A stretch of 64,000 nucleotides of DNA. Source: Octopus vulgaris (taxonomy: Eukaryota). Of the stretch, positions 52,479 through 64,000 are shown piece by piece. Position 1 is the stretch's first letter. Each line of letters opens with the position of its first letter. Position numbers and translations under genes: made by a program. Location: NCBI GenBank assembly GCA_951406725.2, contig OX597814.1, forward strand, positions 55,180,001 through 55,244,000. The letters are read 5' to 3'. A model generated the notes under the pieces. The model saw only the letters and a program-made list of their open reading frames with translations. It was not told the origin of the DNA and made no database searches.

Positions 52479-55400
52479 ATGCTCTGATTAAATTTTCTGC
52501 TGGTATATTTATCACAGTTTTTTCGTATTCTGTACAAATAGCCCTGTAAGAAGAGCAGTGCAGTGTAGTAGTAAAACATGGACAGTGAATGAAGCGGGTA
52601 TGTGAGAAATCAGTTATGGTTTTGTTAGATGTACACTATTGAAATTAGTTTAGCACTAGGATAACCCTAATTGAGCAGAACTATGATGAAGCTTACTCTT
52701 GCCATGATCATTGCATGTTTTTATAAATTTCTTGGACATCATCTAACATCTCCTTTATGTTTCTAAGATGGTAGGTTGTGATTTGACATATAATTTGTTA
52801 CTATCATTAGCAGTTCAGATGACCTTCTAATAAGAGCAGGTGCCCTCATTGACTTCATTATCAACATTTAATATCCATTTTCTATGCTGGGATGGGTTGG
52901 ATGGTTTAACAGGGCTGCACCAAACTTTCATGTCAGTCCAATTAATTGAAGAAATTACTAGAGAAAACATTGGTTGACAATGGAGTAAAAGTTAGGTTTA
53001 GAATATTAATTTCAATTTCAAATATAATGAACAAACAGAAGCTAAAATTGAATGGTAGAGAAATTTTTTAAATACTAATTTTTATGTGTAAACTGAAGCA
53101 TAACATACAGAGAGAAAAGACATATATTGTGGCCTTAACCAACTCTTGGCAATATAAGAGTGGTTGTTAAAAGGAACAGCTAATTTTTTGTAACAAGGTT
53201 TATATATAAGAATAAATTTACATACTTTCCTTACATTTTTGTAAGTACACTCTGTAAAGTGGTTGGCATTAGGAAGGGCATCCAGCTCTAGAAACCATGC
53301 CAAAGTAGATATGGAACCTGATCAGCTCCTGTCAAACTGTCGAATCCATACCAGTATGAAAAACACATTAAGTGATGATACATTTTTCTAAACTGGCAGA
53401 AATTTAGTGAGTGGAATATATTCTTTTGATAATTGTTTCTATAACTACAAACACACTATATTCTTTCATTGGTTTCAGTCTTCAAGGTTTTTACCTATTT
53501 TATTGATGCCAGTTTTTATACTGCTAGACATGTTAAAGGCCTGTAGCCTAATATTTAGGGTGTTGCACACTTCAGTGATTTCGATTCCCAGACTGATTGG
53601 TATTTAGTGTTCATTAACAAAGTGCATCATGTCACATTGCTCCAGTTCGATTCATTCAACAGCTAAGAAGTTAATCCTCTTCTAGACTAGCATCCAGTAT
53701 AGTTCAATGGGGATTGTAATCGCAGTCATATGCCATGGAAACTGGATTATGTTCTAACTTTATGATTCTTAGGGCTCATGATGGATCTAAGTTAGGCATG
53801 GCTGTGTAGCTGAGATGTTTTCTTACCGACCATGTGTATTCAGGTTCAGTCCGACACGTGCTACCTTGGGCAACCAAAGCTTTGTGAGTAGATTTGATAG
53901 AAACTGAAAAATGCCCATGGTATATGTGTATTTGTGTCTCCTCGTCTTGACATTGCTGAGAGCACATGGCCTAGTTGTTACGTTGTTGCACTCGCAATCG
54001 TATGATTGTAGTTTCAATTCCTGAATCAAGTGGTACACTATATTCTTGAGCAAAATACTTTGGCACCTGACCTGTGCACCTGTTCAGCTGACATCAATTT
54101 GCTGTCGTGAGCAAGCAAATGTACAACATGCACGTTTGCTCAGTTTAAACAAACCGTTTGTGCAGGTTTGTTCAGCAAGAAATTGCAGAACTGTCTTTCT
54201 CAGAAAGGCCTACCATCAGTTTTGACATTATACATTACATATAAAAATGAGCATTACCATTATATAAATGATGGTCCTTGTAAGCAGTCCTCCATGAAAA
54301 CATGTCTAGGCATGGGAAATTATTATTGTGCTTGGAAACAGGTGAGGACTGGTGACAGGAAAGGCAACAAGCCTTAGAAAACCTGCTTCAAATATACCAT
54401 CTCACCCATGCAAGCATGGAAAAGAGGATATTAAAATGATGTAATCATTTTATTGAACAGTTAAGTCATTTAAATGATGTCCCTTTCAAGGATATAAATA
54501 CCACAAATATATATATTTATATACACACACACATCTGAATCCGTTTACAAATTGCTCTCACAAATCATTAGTCAGTATGAGATTATTGTAGAAGACACTT
54601 ATCCGGGTTGATGCATTTGAATTGAACATGGAACAAATGGCTTGTGCAGTGAACTTGTTAACCTCAGAACCAATCTGCCCAGTGATAATAATCATCAGAA
54701 ATGGTTTCAGATTACTTTTGAACAACTTGACAGAAATCTTTGTCAAAACTATTTTCATTATTTTGTACTATTAAACTCTTACCAGAACTAAGAGACTGGT
54801 CAAGTTAGTTGATATATGATAATTAATATAGTGGGAAATTTTTCAAAATACCAAAAGTTGACTTCTTATGAAATTGAAGACCATATTGATCAATGTTCTG
54901 ACAAAAAGACTGAAAAGCCACATGATTTGAGTTCTTATTCTTCAGCTGAGAGAAAATATGGTGTCATCACTTTTGCTGAAAACTAATAAAACTAGCTTCA
55001 TTAACCAACTTGCAGCACCATTTTACTTTCATACAAAGATTAAAAAACCTGAAACAAAATTCTTCACTCATCACAATTGAATAATCACATGTGATTGTTG
55101 CCAAGGCAGACTAATTACTTTTCTCAAATCCTGAACTTTACCTGCAATATAGAATGGTTAACTGAATAAGCTATGCTTCTCTCCTAAAAGAATTAGAGCC
55201 TTTGTCTAATTAGATGGCTTACAATAGTTTTAGTGATGAGTAAGACCTAACAAAGGTAAACTAGATTAAAATGCTTGTTATAGTACAGAACAGTATTTTT
55301 TACCTGTTTCAATCATTAACCTGTAGCCATGCTGGGGCACCACCTTGAAGAACATTTAGTCAACTGAATCGATTCCAGTACTTAATTTTTTGAGCCTGGT

Positions 55401-56686
55401 ACTCATTTTATGGCCTCTTTTTGCCGAACCACTAAATTACAGGGATGCAAACAAATCAACACCAGTCGTCGAGTGGTGGGAGGACAAACACACATAACAC
55501 GTATATATGACAGGCTTCTTTCACCAAATCCATTCACAAAATTTTGGTTGTTCTGAGGAAGTAAAAGACACTTGCCCAAGGTGCCACACAGTGGGACTGA
55601 ACCTGGGGAAATATAAACAACTTTCTTTCCAAATAAAAATCTGACCTTACCTTTTAACATTTGGGACACTGAATAAGTTACACAGAGGAAGAAGGATTGC
55701 CTGGGTGGTAAGTCATTTTTCAATGTTAAGAAATATGTGTCAGCAGAGTGTCTCATAGGTAGGAAGCAACATGGAAATTATTGTTCAGGTCAAAACTGAC
55801 CCTAGGTGATAAGTCATTTTTTTAATGCATGTGTCTAAGCAGAGCCTCTCCTAGGCAGGAGGCAACATAGAAATTGTTATTTAGGCCTCGTTTGGCTCCA
55901 AAACATTGTAGTTATGACCATTGCACTTTGAGGAAGGATCTAAGATTATCCATTGCATCTTTTTATTACCCAAATTGAGTAACTAACTAGAGGCTTTCTT
56001 GACTAATGAAAATACATCTTGCTGCCTCCATCACTTTCTTGTCTATCTGCCAATGAATGAATAGAGGTAACATGGAATAAAGAGGACACTTAAGTCTTGC
56101 TGATGCTATAAAATACACCAAGAACACTCTGTAAAATGGTTGGACATCCAACTCTAGAACCTATGTCAATTAATAGAATACATGAACATTATGTGGACCA
56201 CTAACCCTCTAGCATTCATATTACTCTGTCAAATGTAATGTTTATTTATTCACATTGTTCTGAATTAAACATGCAATATCTTGTAGCTTTGCGAATTTGA
56301 TGTGATTGTTTAATTGTAAAATGACATTGTAAAGAAGGTGTGATAGGCCAGATCTGGCTGGTTTGACCATACAACAGGCAGAATATATGGGCCAGTTTAA
56401 ATGTTAAAGACTTAAACCAATTAGGAAACCAGTAAATCATCCAACCTATGCTAGCTTGGGAAAGTAGGTATAAATTTATAATGCTGATCTACTTGTCCAT
56501 TATTCTTACAGACCTATGATCAGAAGTGTTCCACCAATGACCTGCTCATCTTCCTTTATAACTTTCAAAGACAGCATGGTGTGATTTGAGTGAGAGCTGA
56601 CAATTTTTGGCAGTAAACTAGAGGCTGGCTCATAAAGTATAAAGTTTATTACTTGATATTCTATGTTTGTGTGTGTATATATATAT

Positions 56687-57421
56687 CAGTGGCAACTCTG
56701 GCACTCAGGCTATTCGTGCTTAGCCCGAGTTGAAATTTAGTAAAATGAACGTATATTTGCAAGCTGATTTAATTTCTGCCAATACTGACTTCAAGTATAT
56801 AATAGTAGCCAATAGCTCAGGCTACTTTTATTGAGCCTAATCACAGTTTGGATATTTTGGTTCAGTATCTGGTGGTCGTCTTAGAGATGCTTTGTGTCAA
56901 AAAATATCAATCGTAGCAGACGTTCTCTGAACATTGTTCACACTCGCCTGACTTGGGCTCAGAAGTTACAGCCAAAGTTGTTATCTATAATTGTAAAAAT
57001 TAAAAGTAATTCAATTTCAATGTTTTCTTGAAGTAATAAATTTCTATAGAGATTAGGATTTGAATTCCAATATATGAAAAGTTTCTGTTCTACAATATTC
57101 TTAAGGGAACAAAATTTATCCAGCAACTCGGGCTAATACAAACAAGCCTGGTAGATGTAAAAGACTGACATCTCTTGTCAAGAGTACAGGCAACAGCCAG
57201 ATCACTGTTTGTCATGCACTCAGCTGTCATTATTTGATTGCTGTGTAAAGATCAGTTGTGTTTTGCAGGGTTGCTTTATTTCTACCCTTAACTTAGAAAT
57301 GGAGAAAGACATAATGCTAGATATAAAAAATAAGCCATTTGGGGATAGAAATTTTTGAGAAGGCATGTATGTGAAATCTGCGATCAGCCTGAGTGATGCT
57401 GAAGACCTGGAGTTACCTCTG
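56687..57421. mobile_element. hAT-type non-autonomous element inserted in (TA)n
   Basis: Imperfect TIRs cagtggcaactctgg / ctggagttacctctg; atatatat on both sides. Confidence 0.65.
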
Positions 57422-57447
57422 ATATATATATATATATATATATAAAT

Positions 57448-57760
57448 ATATGGAGAAGGCTTATGAGGGAAGGCCTGCCAAGTACCAGGAGTTGGTAGAG
57501 CAGTGCATAAAATTGAGACCAGCAGGCCTGTTGCAAGGCAACTGAAATGAGCTTCCTAGGATTTGTGGTGTTTTCATTTTGCAAAGCTCTAACTGGGCTC
57601 CAACTTACTGGTGTTACAAAGAGGAATGCAATAAACTCCATTACTGAAGTTGCAGAAAAGGCCACAGGGTGGTTTTGGATAAAACGAGTTACAGGGATGC
57701 AAGTTGGGACAAAAAATCCAAAGCCCTCTGAGGCTGCAGAAACAACTCTGACGATGCTTC
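57448..57760 (+). mobile_element. HERO-like (RLE-type) LINE 3' fragment
   Basis: MEKAYEGRPAKYQELVEQC.../...GF...SFCKAL...TGVTKRNAINSITEVAEKATGWFWIKR resembles the recalled HERO C-terminus (KYQELVEQC...AERASRWLW). Confidence 0.65.
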
Positions 57761-58419
57761 AAAAGCTTCTACAAGATCTCTGTTTCGATAACCACTTGGT
57801 TCTTCCAACACTTTACCCCGCTTCACTACCCCACCCTATATAAACTAGCTCATTCAGATTCCCCTACCTCATATTTTAACACCTCGCCAAAAGGAGTAGA
57901 ATACCAGATATTCAGATAAGAGACCCTGTTTTTCAACCTAACACACAGCTAAACCGCTCCTTTGCAACGTTGATCATAATTACCTTCTTATTGCATTTCA
58001 TTATCTATCTATGTAGACATTGTTTTGTCTTTCATGCTGTATGTTTAGAGAAAAAAATTTAAGATCCCTTCACTTGATCCAATTCCCCACCTTTCACGCC
58101 CCATTTCATGCTCATTTATTATTGTTGTCATTTATTCATTCATTTACCTAATTTTGTCAGTTTGGCTGACCGAAAACTCTTGGTTATAGTCTGCCCTTCC
58201 CACCCCCACCACCTGTACAGGAAGTCTCTATCCTCTGACCTCTATCGGATGTCTCTCTCATGAACATCTCCAAAGGTGTTTATCTCCATCCCTACTTAGG
58301 GTTTATCTCCAATGTAGTGTAGTGATTATGTAGCACATAAAGAATGATGGTGTAGTGTATGCAAGCTGAAGGCTATTGTATGTTTATGAGTTCTGCCAAA
58401 TGTGAGCTTTCTTTTCAGG

Positions 58420-61400
58420 TACATGATGCTGCAGTCCACTATGGTCTCATTGGCCCACACCTCCCACACCCTCAGAGTTGGCACATTTAATGTTGGCTCA
58501 CTGAAATGTAGGTCTGGTGAGATTGTTGAGATGCTTAAATGGAGACATATAGATTTATGCTGCATCCAAGAAATAAGGTGGAGAGGAAGTTCTGCTAAGT
58601 TCCTCAGAGGCAGAGAACATAGGTATAAGATTTTCTGGGCAGGGAACACTGACGGGGTCGGGTGCGTGGGTATACATCTTGCAGAGAAATGGGTTGATAA
58701 GATAATCAAGATAGTCGGGGGTCTGTGATAGAATATTAGATTAGATTAGTGCTGCAACGTGGTTTAGCAACCATTATCTCAGCCTATGCTCCTAAGCCAG
58801 GGCTATCTGATGAACAGAAAGACAGATTTTATGACACCATCTTGTAGACTACTTTGTCAATGAAGGAGAGGAACCTTCTCTTTGAAGCTGGCAACTTCAA
58901 TGGACATGTTGGACGACATGCAGAGGGCTTCCAGAGGCTATGGTTTTGGTTCCTGCAATGAGGGAACCAGGCTGCTGGAGTTCTGCAATGCAAATGATTT
59001 AATGGTTTGTAATACTTATGTCAGGAAACCTGCCAGCCACCTATTCACCTACCGATCTGATGGGCACACTACTCAAATTGATTACATCCTCGCCAGAAAA
59101 TGGGAAAGATGGCTACTTACAAATGCCAAAACCATCCCAGGTGAAGAATGCCCCCCCCCACCACAACAAATTAGTAGTTAGCAACTTCAGGATCAGGGCT
59201 AAATGGATGCCCAGAAGATGGCTACCATAGAGAAGGGTCTGGAAGCTTAAGGATCCTGTGAATGGTCAGAGATTTAGAGACGTATTACTCAAAGATTTTG
59301 ACAAAATTGAAGGGGATATAGCATCACATGATGTGGAAGACAACTGGAGGTTTCTACAGGAAAACCTGTTGAGGGCTACTGAGCAGATCTGTGGATGGTG
59401 CCAAGTCCCCTCTCGACCCAAGGTAATGTGGTGGTAGAACAATGTAGTTGACAGGGCCATTAGGGAAAAGAAACAGGCATGGAAGGACTGGAAGAACAGT
59501 AGTAGCAGGAAATTGTATCGAATTGCCAGAAGGGAAACTAGGAGACAGGTTTTCTTAACCAGAGGGGAAGCAAATAAGAAAAAATTTGCCAATGTTCTGT
59601 GTCATGAGGACCAAAGACTTGAAGGGTTTCATATTGCAAGACAGTGTGTGAGAGAGAATCATGATGTCGTAGGAGAGAATTGACAGTACCTTGGCAGATA
59701 AACCAATTAAGGGTATGAGGACAGGGAAAGCTCCAGCCCATCAGGAATCACCACAGAGATGCTTGAAATATCTGGTCGTGTCGGCTATAGTCTAGTCACC
59801 CGTATAGTCAATCAGGTGATACATGAAGGAGTCATACCCAATTACTGGTGTAGCAGCACCATAGTCAACTGTTACAAGGTGATGCATTAGATACAAATAA
59901 TTACAGAGGTATCAACTTGTTGAATCAGATAATGAAAGTCATGGAGAGGGTCATAATTTAGATGAGATGCAGTTTGGGTTTGTGCCAGGGAAAAGCACTA
60001 TATTTCTGGTAAGACAGTTACAGGAGAAATACCTAACCAAAAATAAACCTCTGTACCTGGCTTTCATTGGCATGGAGAAAGCCTTTCACGGGGTCCTCTG
60101 ATCCCTTATCTGGTGGTCAATGTGGAAACTAGGGATAGGTGAGTTGTTAGTGAGAGCTGTGTACAAGCCATGTACAGGAATGCTGTCAGTAAGGTGAGGG
60201 TTGGCAAGAAGTACAGTGAAGAATTCCAGGTAGGAGTAAGAGTCCACCAAGGATCAGTCCTCAGCCCCCTCTTATTCATCATAGTCCTCCAGGGAATAAC
60301 AGGAGAATTCAAGACAGGATGCCCCTGGGAGCTCCTCTATGCTGATGCCCTTGCTCTAATAGCTGAGTCACTATCAGAACTAGAGGAGAAGTTTCAGGTG
60401 CGGAAGCAAGGTCTACAATCGAAGGGCCTTAGAGTCAATCTAGCAAAAACCAAAGTCTTAATAAGTAGGAAGGCAGAGAAACCACAAATCCCTTCAGGTA
60501 GATGGCCCTGCTCAATCTGTAGAAAAGGCAGAGGTAGAAACTCCATAAGATGTACTCGGTGTAAGCTATGGACACATAAGAGGTGCAGCAATATCAAAGG
60601 GAGGCTAACTGGGAAGATAGGTTTTTTTGTGTGGCAAATGTTCAGGAGCAATAAACACTGAAAATGTGCAGAAAACTATGAGTAGTTGATAGCTTCTGTT
60701 ACCTAGGTGACCAAGTCAGTAGCAGGGGGTTGTTGCTCTGAGAGCGTAGCTGCTAGAATAAGAATAGCCTAGGCAAAGGCCTCTTATTCAGAGTATAAGG
60801 TAGACTGCATGATGCATGTGTGCAAACAGCTATGCTACATGGCAGTGAAACATGGGCCATGACTGCTGAGGACATGCGTAAGCTTGCAAGGAATGAAGCT
60901 AGTATGCTCCACTGGATATGTAATGTCAGTGTGCATACACAACAGAGTGTAAGCACCCCGAGAGAAAAGTTGGACATAAGAAGCATCAGATGTGGTGTGC
61001 AAGAGAGACGATTGTGCTGGTATGGTCATGTGTTGCATATGGATGAGGACAGCTGTGTGAAAAAGTGTCACACCCTAGTAATAGAGGGAACCTGTGGAAG
61101 AGGTAGACTCAGGAAGACTTGGGACGAGGTGTTGAAGCACAGCCTTCGAATGTTGGGCCTCATTGAGGCAATAACAAGTGACCAGGACCTTTGGAGATAT
61201 GCTGTGCTTGAGAAGACCCGGCAAGCCAAGTGAGACTGTAACTGTGGCCTATGCCAGTGCAGCATAACCAGCTCATTTAAGAGTACCCTTCAATCATTGG
61301 GCAATAAACTGCACTTGTGAAGTCCTGTTGAGGCAAGTGAAGTCATCATCATGGCCGACAACAGTACCGCCTGATTGGCACCCGTGCCTGTGGCACATAA

Positions 61401-61707
61401 GAAGCACCGTTTGAGCATGGTGAATGCCAGTGCCGGCTGACTGGTCCTGTGTCAGTGGCACGTAAAAGGTACCATTCAAGTATGGCCGATGCCAGTATTG
61501 CCTGACTGGCCCTCATGTCATTGGCATGTAAAAAGCATTCACTACACTCTCAGAGTGGTTGGTGTTAGGAAGGGCATCCAGCCGTAGAAACATTGCCAGA
61601 TCGGATTGGAGCATGGTGCAGCCTTCTGGCTTGCCAGCCCTCAGCCAAACCATCCAACTCATGCCAGCATGGAAAGCGGACGTTAAACGACAATGATGAT
61701 GATGATG
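58420..61707 (+). mobile_element. Near full-length RTE-clade LINE, inactive (frameshifts and stops)
   Basis: APE endonuclease LRVGTFNVGSLK...DLCCIQEIRW...QIDYIL; RT QGSVLSPLLF...LLYADAL; Cys/His finger; GRGRLRKTW; repeated 3' UTR units; (GAT)n tail. Truncated 3' ends also at 26176, 26798, 33220, 36030, 40830, 42935 and 53240. Confidence 0.93.
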
Positions 61708-62000
61708 AAATATATCTTCAGCGACTGTACATCAGTGAAAAATATAAACATCATTGAAAGAACAAAAAAGACTGATGCTTAACAAATTTCCCTATCATTT
61801 GTTTTGCCATATTTACCATTAGAAAAGCAAGACAAGTGATTGGCCTCCTTGAGTATGTGTAACCCACAACATTTTTGTTCATGTATATTATGAGATAAAT
61901 CTGGTTTCAATCCCCATTTGAAACTACTTAACTTATGATACTAGCATTAACAAACAAATGATATAATCGGCCCAACTTTTCCCATATATCATAGTTTATT

Positions 62001-62114
62001 AAAATGAATGTTTATCCTAACATTTGAATTTCATGTCAGTGTGATCTTCAGGAACAATAACTGCCTGAAGAGTACACTGACATGAAACTTAAGTTGCAAG
62101 ATAAGCATTCAATT
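62001..62114. repeat. Inverted repeat whose arms carry a hammerhead-like core
   Basis: tttcatgtcagtgtgatcttcagg / cctgaagagtacactgacatgaaa (22/24 complementary), extending imperfectly to ~50-bp arms. Confidence 0.6.
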
Positions 62115-63099
62115 TAAATAAATCATATATATATATCAAGTATTGCTTCCTAATTTATTCAACATAATTCAAAGTCCATATATCATTGTAGCAACTAGAC
62201 TGTTAGATGTTATACACCACTGGTCATAATGTGTTTCTTTGTATTTGTGGATGATGCTACGCTGCTGGCTTGGCAGGCTGACAAACATTCACCTTGAATG
62301 ATATGCCAATCCATCACAGAGTTAACATTTACAACTGAGTGCGCACGCACACACACACAATATCAAGGATTCGAGAGAGAATCAGGTACTTAAATGATAG
62401 GTACCAGGATGGGTCAAATTAACTTGTAAACACCATCTTTAGTTGAATAAATATACTGGGTACTGAAGTACATCCAGTGAAATATTCAGGTTATGCATAC
62501 AGAGAATTTAACCCTTATGAGCATTTAACACATAGGGGCTGCTACAAAGCGCACAGTGTTTGGTATACTCTAGGATGCCCAACAGGCTGGAGTCTAGGTG
62601 TGTTCCCACCATGTTCATGGTTAGTTCTATAGTTTGAAATTCTATGTATCATCTTATCAAAATGGTTTTTTGCTATGATGTAATGTACTCATTCATCTAT
62701 TAAAAAATGCATTAGAAACCACTGTAATGAACTGACATTTATCCATCGTTTGTTATTTATCTATTTGTGTGTGTGTGTACACAGTTTTATGCCTCTGAAA
62801 ATTGTGGCTGTTTCAATATTCTGCCACAGAATTACATAAAATTTCACCCACATGACAATTTATAACCATAGGTTAGATCCCCAACTTATACAAGAAATAA
62901 AAAAAAAACTTATCTCTATTAATATAGTGTTATTTCAATTCCTTTGGTAATTAGGAAACTATGCAGTCAATTATCTTTGACTGCTTGTATCAAACATGTT
63001 TATAATACAAACTATAGTGTCATCTTTTACATTTGACCATGTAAATTCAAAGCAGCAACTATTGCTATTGCTAAATTCGCGTTTAGATGCATGGCTAAT

Positions 63100-64000
63100 T
63101 ACAAAAATAAAATAAAAAATGGAATTTTATTAGACATACATTAAAGCAAACATGAATATTAAATATATACAAATTCTTTTTGGCAACCAAAAAAAAAAAG
63201 AAAAAAAAAAGAATGGATGTAAATATGAAAAGATGAAAAAAAAAACAGAGTGGCAAATGGTTGATCAAGCAGAGATGATAGGGCAATGCTAATAAGTCAT
63301 TAACAAATGATTTGGTACAAATTGCTAAAATCATTTATTCAGTATTTCCTAGAAGATTTGAGTGATATAATACATCATACAGGCAGGTAAAGTAGCTTCG
63401 CCTGCTCACTAATGTGATGGTTATTCAGAATTGGTATGGATTATTAAAATTTAGATCTAGAGAACAAGTGGACGAAGAAAATATGCAGCCCAGCTTACAA
63501 TCTGCTATGAACACATTTGTGAAGAGAGTAAAGCAAGAGAGGTGGAGGGGGCATGGGGGAGGGGGATCAGTAGTGAGGGTGGAGATGGGAAAAGGGCCAC
63601 TGGACAATGGTAAAGAATTGATGTTTAGCAAGAGATTACAACCTCCTGCATCCAGCTTTTTTTTGTAGGAAACTTTATCAGTCTTTCTCTTTAGTGGCAC
63701 CACCAAAACTACTGTTTTTTCACAGTATCAATTTGTGTTTAGTGGCTGGTAACTTGCTTCTGTCAACAATACAAAACTTCTCAAAGAAATGTACTGCACA
63801 GCTTCAAATACCCAGCTTTCAAGTGATGAACTCTTACAGATATGACAGATTGCACATCTAGGCAAACATACACATCTTTTGATATTCTTTTTCTTTTCTT
63901 TCTTTTTTTTTTGTCCAATCTTTTCATAGTTTGAAGTTTTTATTCTTTTTTATATTTTAGCTTTTTTACATTTTCTTAATGTTTTCTTCATATTCACATT
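63100..64000 (-). other. Possible 3' UTR / terminal region of a convergent neighbouring gene
   Basis: Unique CpG-poor sequence; AATAAA on - at ~63126-63131; no coding exon identified in the window. Confidence 0.25.

Noticed and set aside
61250-61545. Three ~65-75-bp repeats (gccagt...gactggc...ggcacgtaaaa)
   Set aside because: Internal 3' UTR repeats of the RTE LINE, not an independent array.
63414-63706. Overlapping 84-aa and 93-aa ORFs
   Set aside because: No recognisable domain; composition looks like UTR or intergenic sequence.

Overview
AT-rich, microsatellite- and transposon-dense metazoan genomic DNA. The repeat families point to an octopod cephalopod (inferred, not proven). One complete protein-coding gene can be assembled by hand: ABCF1 (ABC50) on +, 20 coding exons from 23044 to 52323, all GT-AG and phase-consistent, 2496 nt, 831 aa. 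The rest is mostly mobile DNA: tRNA-derived SINEs, two mariners, Helitrons, hAT- and TTAA-type MITEs, an RTE LINE, R4-like and HERO-like LINE fragments, and Penelope-like repeats with hammerhead-like cores. The most unusual region is 8990-12900. Two divergent ~1.8-kb retroelements there encode only an ORF1/Gag-like protein (no reverse transcriptase) and sit back-to-back in the 3' end of a DINE/HINE-like element. One has a clear 16-bp TSD. Their 3' tails resemble those of SINEs that repeatedly abut the same site in other SINEs, which suggests a repeat-targeting Tx1-like system. CpG decay also switches on about 1 kb inside the ABCF1 gene.
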